A stretch of 64,000 nucleotides of DNA, from the IMG/VR virus record IMGVR_UViG_3300027747_004779, positions 1 to 64,000 of that record. One strand, given 5' to 3'. The notes beneath the pieces are model-generated. The model was given only the letters and a program-made list of their open reading frames with translations, was not told the DNA's origin and ran no database searches. This DNA is from a virus. Made by a program: the position numbers and the translations under genes. Below are positions 15,416 through 27,900 of the stretch, piece by piece; the first letter of the stretch is position 1; each line of letters begins with the position of its first letter.

Positions 15416-16566
15416 GTTGTATAATCCCAAAGTCTTATGGCTTTATTTGTACCATTAATATTTATTATTAAAAACTCTCCACTATCGGTTACAGTGAGAG
15501 GTGTTATTTTTGATGCTCTTGCAAGAGCTATATTACCACCGCTAACCAAACCAGCAACCGTAAGGCTGTTACTATTATTATCGGTCCCAATACCTACATT
15601 ACCGGGTATAAATACACCGCCAGACGCTGATACCGCAAATTGACAAGAGCGAGTGGTTGAAACACCATTAGTTAAAGTGCCTGAAAGCGCATCAGACCAC
15701 ATAAAGCTCCAGTTATTACGAACAACAGAACTATGACCTATGGCATGAGAACAAATACCAGCTGCCCATGTATTTTCTCCAGCTGCATGGCTATAGTTTC
15801 CAGAGGCTGTTGTGCCACGGCCTTGAGCATGTGAAGAGTCACCTGATGCTTCATTAAATGATCCTTCAACATGACTGCTATCGCCAGTAGCGTCATTGTC
15901 ATTACCCTCTGCATGACTTGCAACGCCAGTTGATATATTACCAAAACCTTCATTCATGCTTCCAGCTAGTAAATGCCAGCGGCCGGTAGAAGCAAATGCA
16001 CTTAACGAACCGCTAGCGCTGATATTACCACTTACAGTTAATATTTCACAAGGAAATTCTGTGTTAATACCGACATTACCACTTTCTGTGACTACTAAAG
16101 AAACAGCGCTTGCGGGATCTCCTACAGTTGTTGAATCGAAAAGATAAATACCGCTTAACGAATAGACATTAAATGAATTAGCAGCTAAAGATTCACTGTT
16201 ATAACGGTTTTTTCCATAGGGATGATTATTATATACAATGCTATTAATACGGATAGGGTTTGCATTTTCACCAATACCGAGAGAATTTTGTACACTATAA
16301 AATGCAACACGAGGGTTATCAAATGACCATACCCTCCAGGCTGATAGGCCATTTGAGTTGTTGTTCGAAAGAAGCGCATAACGTAATCCGAGATAGCCTT
16401 CTGTTGTCTCCGGGCTCGTACCGGTGGGGCCTGGTTTGCCTAAATTGGGTTCAGCGTTTTGTAAGTTTAAAAAAGTATAACGGGATGAAAGGGCTTGTGC
16501 TTGTGTAGGGGTACGTGTATGTACTTTTCCGGTTATAGTCTCTGGTACAATTTTAAACCCAGCCAT
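15412..16566 (-). CDS. tail fibre protein with YadA-head-like repeats
   Basis: 14-aa repeats ASG..SHAEG; GNVGIGT / GNVGINT motifs. Confidence 0.75.
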   Translation of the reverse strand: MAGFKIVPETITGKVHTRTPTQAQALSSRYTFLNLQNAEPNLGKPGPTGTSPETTEGYLGLRYALLSNNNSNGLSAWRVWSFDNPRVAFYSVQNSLGIGENANPIRINSIVYNNHPYGKNRYNSESLAANSFNVYSLSGIYLFDSTTVGDPASAVSLVVTESGNVGINTEFPCEILTVSGNISASGSLSAFASTGRWHLLAGSMNEGFGNISTGVASHAEGNDNDATGDSSHVEGSFNEASGDSSHAQGRGTTASGNYSHAAGENTWAAGICSHAIGHSSVVRNNWSFMWSDALSGTLTNGVSTTRSCQFAVSASGGVFIPGNVGIGTDNNSNSLTVAGLVSGGNIALARASKITPLTVTDSGEFLIININGTNKAIRLWDYTT

Positions 16567-16568
16567 GG

Positions 16569-16949
16569 TTATTGCACCGTATTATTTGTTTCAAGTAAAG
16601 CTATATTGATTGTTATAGCGTCTGGTATACTACAAGAAGCTATAAATGTATCATATTCTTCAAGTATTAATTTAGAAGGTACTAAATTTGTTGTATCGTT
16701 ACCTGCAATCATTAGATCTTTTGCATAGTTATAGTATGGCTTCACGGGGACAGCTGCCCGACCTGCTGCAGTAGGTGCACCAAGACCAGAAATTCCAACG
16801 GTAATTGTTACATCAGAAGATGTACTGTTAGTTGCATAAGCTGCTAGAATAATTGCTGCTCTGCCAAAAGGCGCAACATAAAGCGCGCTTAATGAAGTGG
16901 TTATCGGGTACGCTTTTCTGACAAAATGATTAAGAGGTATATCAGCCAT
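16569..16949 (-). CDS. small structural/fibre-associated protein
   Basis: LYVAPFGRAAIILAA..KLILEEYD pattern; directly follows the large structural gene. Confidence 0.65.
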   Translation of the reverse strand: MADIPLNHFVRKAYPITTSLSALYVAPFGRAAIILAAYATNSTSSDVTITVGISGLGAPTAAGRAAVPVKPYYNYAKDLMIAGNDTTNLVPSKLILEEYDTFIASCSIPDAITINIALLETNNTVQ

Positions 16950-16957
16950 AAGATTAT

Positions 16958-19900
16958 TTATTCTAGACTTAGTATTAAAGGCGTAACTAACGCAAGAATT
17001 GACTTATTAAAGTCAAGTCCTTCTACTGTTCCTTTCTCTTGTTTAATAGTAAATCCCGGCCCTACTTTAAAATCACCTCTTTCGTTGGTACTAGACCAAT
17101 AAACTATACCTTTATTTGAATAAACAGCTTCATTAGTATTAATTGGTAATCCGCCTAATGCAGGTACTGCTTTTTCAAGATCGATACCAGTACCAATATA
17201 TTCGAATGCATGCGAACTTGAAGCAATTTGACTTCTGAGATATAGTTCAATATACCGCGGCTCAGTTTCTGATGCTGTAAGTGCTAACGTTGTATTTTGT
17301 TCTAGGGTCAATCTATATGTAAACGGTACATCTAAAGCGCTAACTGATTTAATACCATGATATTTTATTTGAGATGTCGGATTAAGATCAGGATCATAAT
17401 CACTAGCTGGGTCATTTTGTGCAAGTATTAATAGCCCATTATAAGGTGATTCAATAGGTATGCCGGTTAGTGGGGTATTTGTCTGTAAAGCTGCAATAAA
17501 TGCTGAAAGAGGCCGTGGTGTAACATCTTTAATAAGCAAATAATTTTCATTTTGTGGAGTTGACTCGTATTGATATCCTGTTAATACAGGAAATTTTGAA
17601 AGCCCATCTGCAACTAATCCAGACAAACCGAAAGAACAGTTTGATGTGCTTATACTACACTGACCACCAGTTTCAGTCATTACGCCTTGAGTGGTACAGA
17701 TAGTAAATGTACTAACTAACTGCGCATAACCGCAATTAATAACGTGAATGCCTTTACCGCCGGCATTAAACTGAGTAAATGAATCGGTTACAAAACTTCT
17801 TAAGAATCCAAAAGCTAGTTCACCGTCGACACGAATGCCGCAACCTGCTCCGATATTTTGAGCTACAACATTTTGTACAATCTGCTCTGCAAGATACTTA
17901 GCATAATTAATTGCAGCAACAGTTTGAATTTCTTGACCAGCAATTAAGCTTAAAGCGCCATTATAGTAAGAGTTACCCGCGGCTATAGCACTTAATGTTG
18001 TACCATTTGCAACGTCGTAAGTTATACAATCTACAATCAAACCAACATCACGCTCACATTTTGTTTTGTTATAGACAAATGTTGGATATGCTTTTGTCAT
18101 ATACTCAATGACTTCTTTTTGTACAAAAGTTCTATTTAATTGCAATAAGTTTGCTGCATCAGCTGCACCAGGAAGCGGTGTATGATAAACTGGTACCTTA
18201 GAAGTATCGCCGGTAATAATAATATTTGTTACTAAATCAAAAGAAGTTTTTAAGTCAGGTACAGCGCCAGCACCAGATGAAAGATAAGGGCTAAATAATT
18301 GGCCAGTAATGGCAATTGTATTTGTAATAACTTTCTGTGCAAGTGTATTAATATAATTAATTGCTGCAATAGTTATCGTCTCTTGACCTTTAATTACACT
18401 TTGTGAACCTCTATAGTACCTACTTCCAGCACTAATAGCATTCATATTTGTACCGTCTGTTAAATCGGTATTAATACTGTCAATTATAAGACCGACATCG
18501 CGCTCGCATACAGCGCGGTCGTATGCAAAACCTGAGAAATTTTTATCTACATAGTTAATAATTGTTTTTTGTATAAATGGTTTGTTAAGTGTAAGCAATT
18601 GTACTGCAGAAGCGTTACCTGCAGGTGGTGTATATGTTACTACAGGTGGTAAGCTTGCTACGCCTTTACGTATTATACTTGTAATTGTATTAATCCCGCT
18701 CAATACATAATTGGATGCATCGCCTCCATCAGCATAGGCACTGTTAAACTGTTGTTCATAAGTTAACAACGCTCTATTACGTACAACATCGAGAGCGACT
18801 GATTTAGCAAATTTAATAGCATCGATAGTTTGTGCAACCTGATCTGCAGGTAAGTAGCTTGCGCCAGAGCCATAAAAATACCCTAACCCGACACCGATAG
18901 CACACGCAGTACTATTATATGTTAAATCGTCAATAACACCCTGAACAATATAACCGGTATCTCTATAGCAAAGGCTCTTATCGTAAGGTAGAGTTGGATA
19001 ATTATAATCAACATATTTTACTGTAGCTTGTTGAATAAATGTTTTATTACCTGCAAGTAATGTTATTGCATCGATAACTCCTATAGAAGGTGTTGTTGTA
19101 ACAGGATTGGGTGCTACACCGCCACCGATAATATTTGTTATAATATCAAATGATAATTCAATATTAGCTGATTCTAGAGCACCGGGTTGAATTGTATCGA
19201 GTAGTAAATCACGGGTATAGTTAAAAGCTCTTATAGTAGGCTCAACTTGATCGGAAGGTAATGCTGCAGGTGGAGGGTAAGCACCAATAAGATAAGCATT
19301 AGCAGCAGCAATAGTTTGTGTTGCATTGCCGTTTGTTAAATCTGCTACAAAAGCTTGTATAATGTACCCGACATCTCTACGACATTTAACCTGATCGTAA
19401 TTAGAAGGCGGTGAATTACGATTAACAAATGCAATTGTTTGATCTTGAATAGTACTCGATACAGTTGATATTAAAGAGATAGCTGTTGGTGTATATGCTG
19501 TACTGGGTAAAATTGAAGGTGTAGGTGGGACAGAACCATCAGCTAATGTATCGGTAACAATGCTCATAAGAGCAGTAATGTTTGTTGATTCACTAAACGC
19601 ATTAAAATATTGCGTGTTTGGTGGATAGTAACTCGGATAAAGAGTTGGTTGAATTGGTACAGCTTGATAACGAGTAATCGAGCTGCAACCTTGTATGTAA
19701 GGGCTAGTTGTTACATAAGGTTTTGATACGATCGGTAAGCCAAAAGAACCACCGGGCTTGGTAGTATCGATTTCATATCCGGGTGTTTGAAATGCTACTT
19801 TATAAGCAGGAGTGCCAGAAAGCAAATTTGGAAACGCTGTTGCAGCGCAAGGTTCCCATGTATCTCTAAAAGTAAATCCATTAACGTAGCATGCAGTATT

Positions 19901-20680
19901 GACCCAGAAGAAATCTAATTGTTTATTATATGGTCTTAAAATTGTTCTACGTAAATTGCCTTGACCGAGAACTGTTGTACCAGCAGGAATATAAATTGGA
20001 TTATTTTCAGTATAGTCACCGGTCTCAACAAAAATTGTACACTTATTTATACCATACCTATCGAAAGCGATTTTTGCAGCTTTTTTAATTGTACGAACTT
20101 TTTGAGAAGGGTTTAATCCGCTATTTGTATCTGAACCTGTAGTGCTAACAAAAATACTATTTAGTTCAGGCGACTCATAAATAAAAGATTTTGTTGCATA
20201 TGCATTGCCGTTAATCGTGAGGTTCATCGGCACATCAGTAGCTGCTGTGGGGTCATACTTAGATGCAGGTTCTGTGCCATCAATTACTGTTAGCCCGTCA
20301 TTATCGATATATAAAGCTTCACGCTGTCCTTCTGGAGCATCAGCATCGACAAAACGCGCAATAGGCTGTTCACCCCATTGCTCAACTGTTAGTGCAGGTC
20401 CTGTTCCGCGGTTAATAACACTTAGCGCGCTAGTGACCGTTACAATAGTGTCGAGATAAGTAAAATCACCAATAACAGATAGATTACCTAATACGGTAGC
20501 ATTGCCGTCAACAAATAAATTTTTATGCGCGCTTAGGTTTCCAGTGATAATAAAATCACCCTGAAATGGCTCTGCCGGCGATGCAATAGGATCAGTTGCC
20601 GAATCGGGATAACCTATTGATGGCGAAGTATGATGGCTTCTTCTGTGCCATTTATTATGAAATCGTGCATTTCCAGCCAT
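16958..20680 (-). CDS. large virion structural protein with beta-helix-like region and helical C.RD.G repeats
   Basis: FVSTTGSDTNSG..RTIKKA; four repeats KCRRDVGYII / LCYRDTGYIV / VCERDVGLII / KCERDVGLIV. Confidence 0.75.
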   Translation of the reverse strand: MAGNARFHNKWHRRSHHTSPSIGYPDSATDPIASPAEPFQGDFIITGNLSAHKNLFVDGNATVLGNLSVIGDFTYLDTIVTVTSALSVINRGTGPALTVEQWGEQPIARFVDADAPEGQREALYIDNDGLTVIDGTEPASKYDPTAATDVPMNLTINGNAYATKSFIYESPELNSIFVSTTGSDTNSGLNPSQKVRTIKKAAKIAFDRYGINKCTIFVETGDYTENNPIYIPAGTTVLGQGNLRRTILRPYNKQLDFFWVNTACYVNGFTFRDTWEPCAATAFPNLLSGTPAYKVAFQTPGYEIDTTKPGGSFGLPIVSKPYVTTSPYIQGCSSITRYQAVPIQPTLYPSYYPPNTQYFNAFSESTNITALMSIVTDTLADGSVPPTPSILPSTAYTPTAISLISTVSSTIQDQTIAFVNRNSPPSNYDQVKCRRDVGYIIQAFVADLTNGNATQTIAAANAYLIGAYPPPAALPSDQVEPTIRAFNYTRDLLLDTIQPGALESANIELSFDIITNIIGGGVAPNPVTTTPSIGVIDAITLLAGNKTFIQQATVKYVDYNYPTLPYDKSLCYRDTGYIVQGVIDDLTYNSTACAIGVGLGYFYGSGASYLPADQVAQTIDAIKFAKSVALDVVRNRALLTYEQQFNSAYADGGDASNYVLSGINTITSIIRKGVASLPPVVTYTPPAGNASAVQLLTLNKPFIQKTIINYVDKNFSGFAYDRAVCERDVGLIIDSINTDLTDGTNMNAISAGSRYYRGSQSVIKGQETITIAAINYINTLAQKVITNTIAITGQLFSPYLSSGAGAVPDLKTSFDLVTNIIITGDTSKVPVYHTPLPGAADAANLLQLNRTFVQKEVIEYMTKAYPTFVYNKTKCERDVGLIVDCITYDVANGTTLSAIAAGNSYYNGALSLIAGQEIQTVAAINYAKYLAEQIVQNVVAQNIGAGCGIRVDGELAFGFLRSFVTDSFTQFNAGGKGIHVINCGYAQLVSTFTICTTQGVMTETGGQCSISTSNCSFGLSGLVADGLSKFPVLTGYQYESTPQNENYLLIKDVTPRPLSAFIAALQTNTPLTGIPIESPYNGLLILAQNDPASDYDPDLNPTSQIKYHGIKSVSALDVPFTYRLTLEQNTTLALTASETEPRYIELYLRSQIASSSHAFEYIGTGIDLEKAVPALGGLPINTNEAVYSNKGIVYWSSTNERGDFKVGPGFTIKQEKGTVEGLDFNKSILALVTPLILSLE

Positions 20681-20764
20681 ACTATTATTTATTAAAAAAT
20701 ATACAGATTAATTGTGTTATAATGTGGTGAATTTTATATACTTAAAAGTAATCTAGTGCTTTTA

Positions 20765-22573
20765 TTATACAACTTTCCATGCACCGGATGGTAGGGAAAC
20801 AGTAATACCATTTACGAATTTAATATAATATGTTGTTGTACGGGTAGTCCCGTGTATAGAATCATTGGGAAAGTTGAATGCTAAATCTGTATTTGAATAT
20901 TCACTAGTAAAGTTAATTGTAGCAAATAAAGCAGGATTGGAGACACCGTCTTTTGCAATTTTCATAAACATTTGTGTTCCGGTAGTCGTTGCAGGTTTAT
21001 TATATCGGAACATTCCTTGATTAGCTGTTCCTCCTGTGGGTGATGGGTCAAAGCAAACAAATGTACATCCATTTTCAATAGTACCCGTTCTACTTCCATA
21101 ACTTGTAGTGTTAAGTGTGGGTAAAGGTGTTGATGACGGTGTTGCCGAAGGTGTACTGGGCGGTGTGCGTGTTGGTGTGTTAGAAGGGGTAATGGGTGGT
21201 GTATTAGGTGGTGTGCGTGTAGGTGTGTTTGAAGGAGTAATGGGTGGTGTTGCTGGAGGTGTACTAGGTGGTGTTGATGTCGGTGTGTAAGAAGGTGTAA
21301 TGGGTGGTGTATTCGAAGGTGTAACTGATGGTGTATTACTTGGTGTCAATGAAGGTGTGTTAGAAGGTGTAATGGGCGGGGTATTTGTTGGAGTTTGTGT
21401 AGGTGTCAATGAAGGTGTGTTAGAAGGTGTAATGGGCGGGGTATTTGAAGGTGTAACTGATGGTGTATTACTTGGTGTCAATGAAGGTGTGTTAGAAGGT
21501 GTAATGGGCGGTGTATTTGTTGGAGTTTCTGTAGGTGTAACTGATGGTGTATTTGTTGGAGTTTCTGTAGGTGTAACTGATGGTGTAGTAGAAGGTGTAT
21601 TAGTTTGCGTTAGTGTCTGTGAAGGGGTATGAGTTTGTGTCGGTGGCGGTGTACTAAATGGTGTACGGGATGGTGTATGTGTATTAGTTGGTGTAACTGT
21701 CGGTGTCTGTGTAAGAGTTTCTGAAGGTGTCTGTGAAGGTGACTGGGTGGGAGTAGCCGTATAAGTTGGTGTTACAGTTGGTGTACTACCAACAGTAGCC
21801 ATTGGTGTTGATGTCACGGTGTTAGTGGGTGTCTGTGTTTGTGTTACTGAAGGTGTCTGTGAGGGTGTCTGTGAGGGTGTCTGTGAAGGCGACTGAGTGG
21901 GAGTATTTGAAGGCGTACTGCCTGGTGTTGATGATGGAGTGTTTGAAGGTGTCAGTGTCTGCGTTACAGAAGGTGTTGGTGTAGGAGTTAAAGTGGGAGT
22001 ATTAGAAGGTGTCAGTGTCTGCGTTACAGAAGGTGTTGGTGTAGGAGTTAAAGTGGGAGTATTAGAAGGTGTAGGGTTAGGGTTAGGTATAGTAAAAGTA
22101 TTTGAAGCTAAAACAATATAGCCAGAATTTTTTATAAAATATGTAAATGGCGCGGGTCTCCCTGGTCGATAAGTAATTAATGTTGCTTGCGATGGTGATG
22201 TTGTCTGCACTGCACATAAAGATAAATTATATGTACTAATTAGTGTTGGGATATCGTAAGGATATTGAAATATAGTATATTTTTTAGTTGCATCTCCTGG
22301 TATAGTTATGGAAGCGGGTATAGGCAGATCTGTATCTGTTGTAATAGTAAAGGGTTCTTTAGCAATAACACTGTAGCCATTATTATCATTAAAGGTTGTA
22401 AATTGGGGCGGTCTATTAGGTGTATATGTTAAAAGTGTATAACGGGATGGTGAGGTCGTTTGCACGGAACAGAGATAGCTATTATACGTAGAAATAGAAA
22501 TAGGTGTCGAATTAGTAAATGTTACAATATTATATTTGCGGTTAGCGTCACCTCGAAAAACAATATCTCTCAT
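20765..22573 (-). CDS. Thr/Pro/Ser-rich mucin-like virion protein
   Basis: Duplicated ~80-aa N-terminal domain followed by ~320 aa of TP[ST]x repeats. Confidence 0.8.
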   Translation of the reverse strand: MRDIVFRGDANRKYNIVTFTNSTPISISTYNSYLCSVQTTSPSRYTLLTYTPNRPPQFTTFNDNNGYSVIAKEPFTITTDTDLPIPASITIPGDATKKYTIFQYPYDIPTLISTYNLSLCAVQTTSPSQATLITYRPGRPAPFTYFIKNSGYIVLASNTFTIPNPNPTPSNTPTLTPTPTPSVTQTLTPSNTPTLTPTPTPSVTQTLTPSNTPSSTPGSTPSNTPTQSPSQTPSQTPSQTPSVTQTQTPTNTVTSTPMATVGSTPTVTPTYTATPTQSPSQTPSETLTQTPTVTPTNTHTPSRTPFSTPPPTQTHTPSQTLTQTNTPSTTPSVTPTETPTNTPSVTPTETPTNTPPITPSNTPSLTPSNTPSVTPSNTPPITPSNTPSLTPTQTPTNTPPITPSNTPSLTPSNTPSVTPSNTPPITPSYTPTSTPPSTPPATPPITPSNTPTRTPPNTPPITPSNTPTRTPPSTPSATPSSTPLPTLNTTSYGSRTGTIENGCTFVCFDPSPTGGTANQGMFRYNKPATTTGTQMFMKIAKDGVSNPALFATINFTSEYSNTDLAFNFPNDSIHGTTRTTTYYIKFVNGITVSLPSGAWKVV

Positions 22574-22581
22574 AACAACTA

Positions 22582-23355
22582 TTATGTGGTAAAGTATATG
22601 TCGGTATTATTGCTAAAGATACCTACAAACTGTGCGGTTGATGAGGGTCCCCCTGAGCTTCTATAACCAAATGCTGTTCCTTCTCTATCAGTGGTGTAAT
22701 TTATAAATCCTCTAAAATTACCATCGACATAAATCGTAACAACATTAAAGTCAAGCGATGTACCACCGGGGCTATAATATACTGTGTCTAGATAATTATA
22801 CGGATCGGGCGATAGAATAGATATCTTTTGTATACCATCTTCTGCAAATGCAGGGTTACTTCCTTCTGCGGTTAACGAATATGTAAACGGTGGTATGAGT
22901 GTCGGTGAAGGTGTAACTGACGGTGTTTGAGTTACTGAAGGTGTAACTGACGGTGTTTGAGTTACTGAAGGTGTTACTGAGACTGTAAGCGTTGGTGTGA
23001 GCGATGGTGTTGCAGTTTGTGAAGGTGTATTAGGTGGTGTGCGTGTTGGCGACGGTGTTTGTGTAGGTGTACCAGCAAAACGTGTTGTAGTTGGTGTCTG
23101 CGTTGTAGTCGGTGTAGGTGTATATGTTGGAGTAAGGGAAGGTGTAAGAGAAATGGTTGGAGTAATCGATGGAGTAGGAGTATTAGTAGGAGTGACTGTT
23201 GGTGATGGTGTTACCGTCGGTGTTTTAGTAAAAGTGGGAGTTATACTTGGTGTTGGAGTTGTGGTAGCTGTAGATGATGGTGTAGGAGCAGGTAGATTAG
23301 GTGTTATAGGTATTAACCCTTGACCTCTATTGATTTTAAAAACAAAATTTGGCAT
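22582..23355 (-). CDS. Thr/Pro-rich mucin-like protein
   Basis: ~130 aa of TP[ST]x repeats followed by a small beta domain. Confidence 0.8.
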   Translation of the reverse strand: MPNFVFKINRGQGLIPITPNLPAPTPSSTATTTPTPSITPTFTKTPTVTPSPTVTPTNTPTPSITPTISLTPSLTPTYTPTPTTTQTPTTTRFAGTPTQTPSPTRTPPNTPSQTATPSLTPTLTVSVTPSVTQTPSVTPSVTQTPSVTPSPTLIPPFTYSLTAEGSNPAFAEDGIQKISILSPDPYNYLDTVYYSPGGTSLDFNVVTIYVDGNFRGFINYTTDREGTAFGYRSSGGPSSTAQFVGIFSNNTDIYFTT

Positions 23356-23363
23356 TGTAGTAT

Positions 23364-24980
23364 TTAGTTGAGTGTTATAACCTGATCAACATATGGATAA
23401 TTTGTTACTTCTGCGCGTAAAACGTTTAACATTTTAACTTGGATATCATATATTTTGCGCAAAGCTCTGTTGACAATATTATTAGCAAATATTTCGTTTG
23501 CGCCAATATAATTGGTAATATCTTGTTGAAAGAATATTTCATCTAATTCATCAGGTAATAAGTATCTCGTTCCTTTAAACGTTACATTGCCTTTTACATC
23601 TCGCGCAGCAATATATTTGCCTATAATTTGATCGCGTAGTCTCATATGATTTAATATGAGTTTAGAAAGATTTTTATTAAAGACCCAATTCTGTATATAT
23701 TCTTCTTTATTAAATGACATATCATTAAACGTGTATATATCAAAATCGTTAACAGCTAAAATATCAAATAAGTTTAAATTATCGTAAAAATAGCCAAGCT
23801 TTCCGGTATTACCTGAAACAGAGAATACTATATTATGATCGCTTGTACCATAAAGCGAGGGTGCTGTTGCTAGTGATGTAAATCTATCAGCTGGTACATC
23901 GTATTTAAAGAGATAGAGCAAATACTTGCCAACTATACCGGTAGGCTGGGCGACAAGCTTTTTAAAAATATTTTTGTTTGTTAGCAAATAAAATATATTT
24001 GTATCAGATTGCGAGAATACAATCTTAAGTGGTTTTTCGTCGTACTCTAATATTGAAGAGAGATCAAATATCTCTTTATTAGATATAGCGTTGTTATACT
24101 TATATATTTTTCTGTTTTCAGTTACTACATATAAATTACCATTTACATCTGCACTGATATCTATTGGATATGCAGAAAGAAAGTCTACATATAATCTATA
24201 TGTTTGTACCCAATTTAAATTAAGATCATATTTCTTAATGCTACTATTACCTGAATCCAATATAAAAAGATTATCTTTGTATGTAGTTAGTGATCTCGGG
24301 TCATGAAATTCTGTTTTTGATAGAAAGCTACCATCATTGCCCACAGAATCGACATAAAAAAGTCTATTTTCCGTTACATTATTACCTGTAGTAAATCCCG
24401 ATGCATCGTATTTTGTTAATCTACTTAATTTTGAATCTAATACGTACAGATAATCGTTAGCAACAGCAAAAGCAGTAATATTTGTATAATAAACACCATA
24501 CCCGGCATCAATTTCAGTTTGTGTAAAGACATTGCTAATATAAGAACTATACGAATCAAAATTAAAAACTCTAAGATGTGATCCATCAGTAGTGAACGCG
24601 GAATATTGGTTTTTATCTTTATTCTTTACTAGTAACATTGCATTTGTATGATCCATGCCCACGAGTGTGGGGTCATTATATATGGAAATAAACTGACTTG
24701 TGCTTAGATTTTTTTGCCAGGTAAATTTAGTTGATGCTGCAGATACACCTGCAATTGCAGTTGCAGATATGGGTATAACATTAGATGCAAGTTTACAGTT
24801 TTTATAAAGATAAAGAAAATTATCATATAAATGTTTGAACTTAATGTTTAAAACACTGTAAGTTGCAGTATCATTTGGCTGTATTCTTATATCCTCAAAA
24901 TCGTAAGGTAGATTTATATCTACACCCAGATAGCGATCGTAAATTAACCCTTGCTCTAGGAATTCTGTTGAAATTGTCAT
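23364..24980 (-). CDS. beta-propeller (NHL-like) baseplate-region protein
   Basis: EFHDPRSL....NLFILDSGNSSIKKYD and PIDISADVNGNLYV blades. Confidence 0.7.
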   Translation of the reverse strand: MTISTEFLEQGLIYDRYLGVDINLPYDFEDIRIQPNDTATYSVLNIKFKHLYDNFLYLYKNCKLASNVIPISATAIAGVSAASTKFTWQKNLSTSQFISIYNDPTLVGMDHTNAMLLVKNKDKNQYSAFTTDGSHLRVFNFDSYSSYISNVFTQTEIDAGYGVYYTNITAFAVANDYLYVLDSKLSRLTKYDASGFTTGNNVTENRLFYVDSVGNDGSFLSKTEFHDPRSLTTYKDNLFILDSGNSSIKKYDLNLNWVQTYRLYVDFLSAYPIDISADVNGNLYVVTENRKIYKYNNAISNKEIFDLSSILEYDEKPLKIVFSQSDTNIFYLLTNKNIFKKLVAQPTGIVGKYLLYLFKYDVPADRFTSLATAPSLYGTSDHNIVFSVSGNTGKLGYFYDNLNLFDILAVNDFDIYTFNDMSFNKEEYIQNWVFNKNLSKLILNHMRLRDQIIGKYIAARDVKGNVTFKGTRYLLPDELDEIFFQQDITNYIGANEIFANNIVNRALRKIYDIQVKMLNVLRAEVTNYPYVDQVITLN

Positions 24981-27900
24981 TAATTACTCCACTTTATAGT
25001 ATTTAACCTAGTATGTACCGGAACTGTATTCCTCAAAATACTTACCATACGCTGCTCGAGGGCTTCTCTCAATGAAGAGTCTGTAATACCGCTATTTCTA
25101 ATAATTAAGTTAAAGAGAGTAGACTTAGAGCCTGGTGTATTAAGCTTAAAGTATCGTTCCACTTCTTCAAGATAATTACGCCTGCCACATGCAACATCAA
25201 AGCTTATATCATGAATTTCCATATTCTTTCTAGCATGCATAAACATATCACAGTTATAAAGAGGTGTATCATAGAGATAGAAGTTTTTTACAGTGAAATC
25301 GTTGACTAAAAATGATGTGTTTTTAAGATAAGAAAATAAAGGCACGGAATACGCATAATTAGAAGAGCCTATAAGAAACGGCCTGTATACTATATTACTA
25401 AATTTATATTTTCTTGGCAGAAACTCTGTGTATCCTTGCGGCTGACCATCAATAAACAAGTACATATAGCCACCATCAGCATCAAACCTTACAGCAAAAT
25501 TATGATACCCTGCATCAAGGGCTGAAAGATTAAAGATTATCTCAGTATCAACAGTATCATTAGCGTTAAACACATTTGTGAGTTTAGCTTTAACATTTAA
25601 ATTAGAACTAGCGTACTTATCTTTTACAGTTGTACGAAGGAATTTATCATTAGAAAGATTTAAATTTGCATTAGTTTTAGGATCAAAGAAGCTACTTAAT
25701 TGTGATTTGAAGCTTACAATTGAAAAGTATCCTGCAGCAGATATAGATGTATTAATTAATATACCGGATGGATAAACACTCGATAATGTTTTGCTAGTAG
25801 TAAAAATATTCGCTGGTATTGAAGAATTTGCAATATAGTAACTTGTATACCCGTTTAACTGTGTTGTAGTAAAGGAAGAGATATCTTTACCGTCAAGAGT
25901 AAACTGTGTATATTTTAATTTTGTATTATTATTGACTGCTCTTTGAGTTATAACACAATATCTATTATATTTACCGTTATCAAAATCTGCAGTAAAATTA
26001 ATTTTATAGTTTTTATACCCCGGTTCAAATATATAGCCAGATAAAATAAACTCGCGATTTGCAGTATATTTTGCATAATAATTATCGTTATATAATAACC
26101 AAAGATTATTATCGAAATCAATACTAAAATCTTCTATTTGAGTAGATGAATAAAACGCGGTTGTAATATCCGTTATAACATCGGAGGCATCTATATCTCT
26201 CCAGCGTTGTAATGTATTTTTATCTTGAAGAAAATAAATGTCATTATCTACACGCATTGATTTAATACCCGGGGTAATATACATTTTTTGCGTTTTAGGA
26301 TAGTAATCTAAATTTTTACCTGTTTGTAAAGAGGAATTATATGCTACAACACGCGGATACCTCACTGTGCGGGTTGTAATGTCGGTTACTTCATTTGAAT
26401 TAAAATCTAGAAGATTTAACTTTTTATTATTTGCTCCACCGTTATCAATAAGAGCATATGCAAAAGTTTCTGTATAATCAACGTCAAGTAAATTACCAAG
26501 CTTATCTCCATTTGTTGGTGAAGTGCGTCGAGTCTCTGCATATGCAAGGTTAAATCTACGGAACGTATTATCTTCCATAATTAGATAAAAATCGTTTAAC
26601 CCTTGTTGTCTCATTATGGCTTTGATGTCTGCGTTAAAGCTTAATGAATTTAAATCTTTTCCTTGCAAATTAGTAACTTTTATTGCGCTAGGTGAGTTAA
26701 TAAATAGGGTTGGGGTAACTATATTTTGATTAAAGATTCCAAACCCATCTCTGTCATAGTTACCGACTAGCTGGTAACCAAGCGGAGATTTCCAATCCGA
26801 GCTGTATGCATCAAATATTAATGTAAATTGATTTGAAGCTTGAATAGCAGAGAGCGATCCTGTGGTTGCATATGTCTTTCCATTAAACGCAAATTCTGTA
26901 GTTGCTTCAGTAGAAGAATACACATTAGACATATCATAGTATCTGTAATTAGCAAAATTAAAGCATATTAAGTCTTCTGAAAGTGTATTGATAAAGTTCT
27001 GTACATCTTTTGGCCCGTAGTGATAATATGCGTAATATGTTCCTTTTTCAAAAATTAAATCTGAAGGTTTATCGAAAATATCAACATCCCCGAGTAATTC
27101 AGATGCTTTATTTGCTAAGCAATCAAATAAAGATATATACCTAATTGCTTTTAAGTCTGAAGATGTAAGCGCTTTCATGAATGAAATTGAGTTTGGATTG
27201 TAGTATCGATCAACCCATATTGGCCTTTTGTTAACATCAGCACTACCTGAAAGCCAAGCACATAAAAATTCGCCCGATGTCTCTTCTATAGTATCCCCGT
27301 AGTTAGAAGTATATTTATAGTCAGCTTTTTTCTTAAAAATTTTATCCGATTTTAATGGATGGTCACCAGCTATTGCACCTGCTTCAATAAGACCAGAATC
27401 TTGAATATTTAATCTAGAAAATGGATAAAAGATTTGTGGGATATGAAAGTATGTTACTTTATCTTTTTTAAGAATTATATTTGTTGTATAGCTTTCATAA
27501 TTTAAAGTGATATTATCGTTACCCCGGGTTTGGTTAGATCCTGTAAATAGGTTTTGATATTCTCTAAATTCAATACTTTGTTCGTTAAAGAATGGATTGC
27601 CTCGTGATTGTTTATTTTCAGGTGTATTGGTATTCTTTAATGATAGAATGTTTAAATCTATACTCTTACCTGACGTATTAAAATATTCACTATGCAGTAA
27701 AAGATTTGATGATATATTATCGAAACTACGATCATTATTTACGTCTTGTGAATTGGTTTTTAAATCGCGGTTATAGCTAAGCCACGGATCATATAGCAGT
27801 GTATTATTAGGGATTGGATTTCTAGGCTTAACTCTAAAAATAGAAGATACAGAGTATGGGACAGATGTTGCTGTAACTGGGTTAACAAGAGTTAATTCTT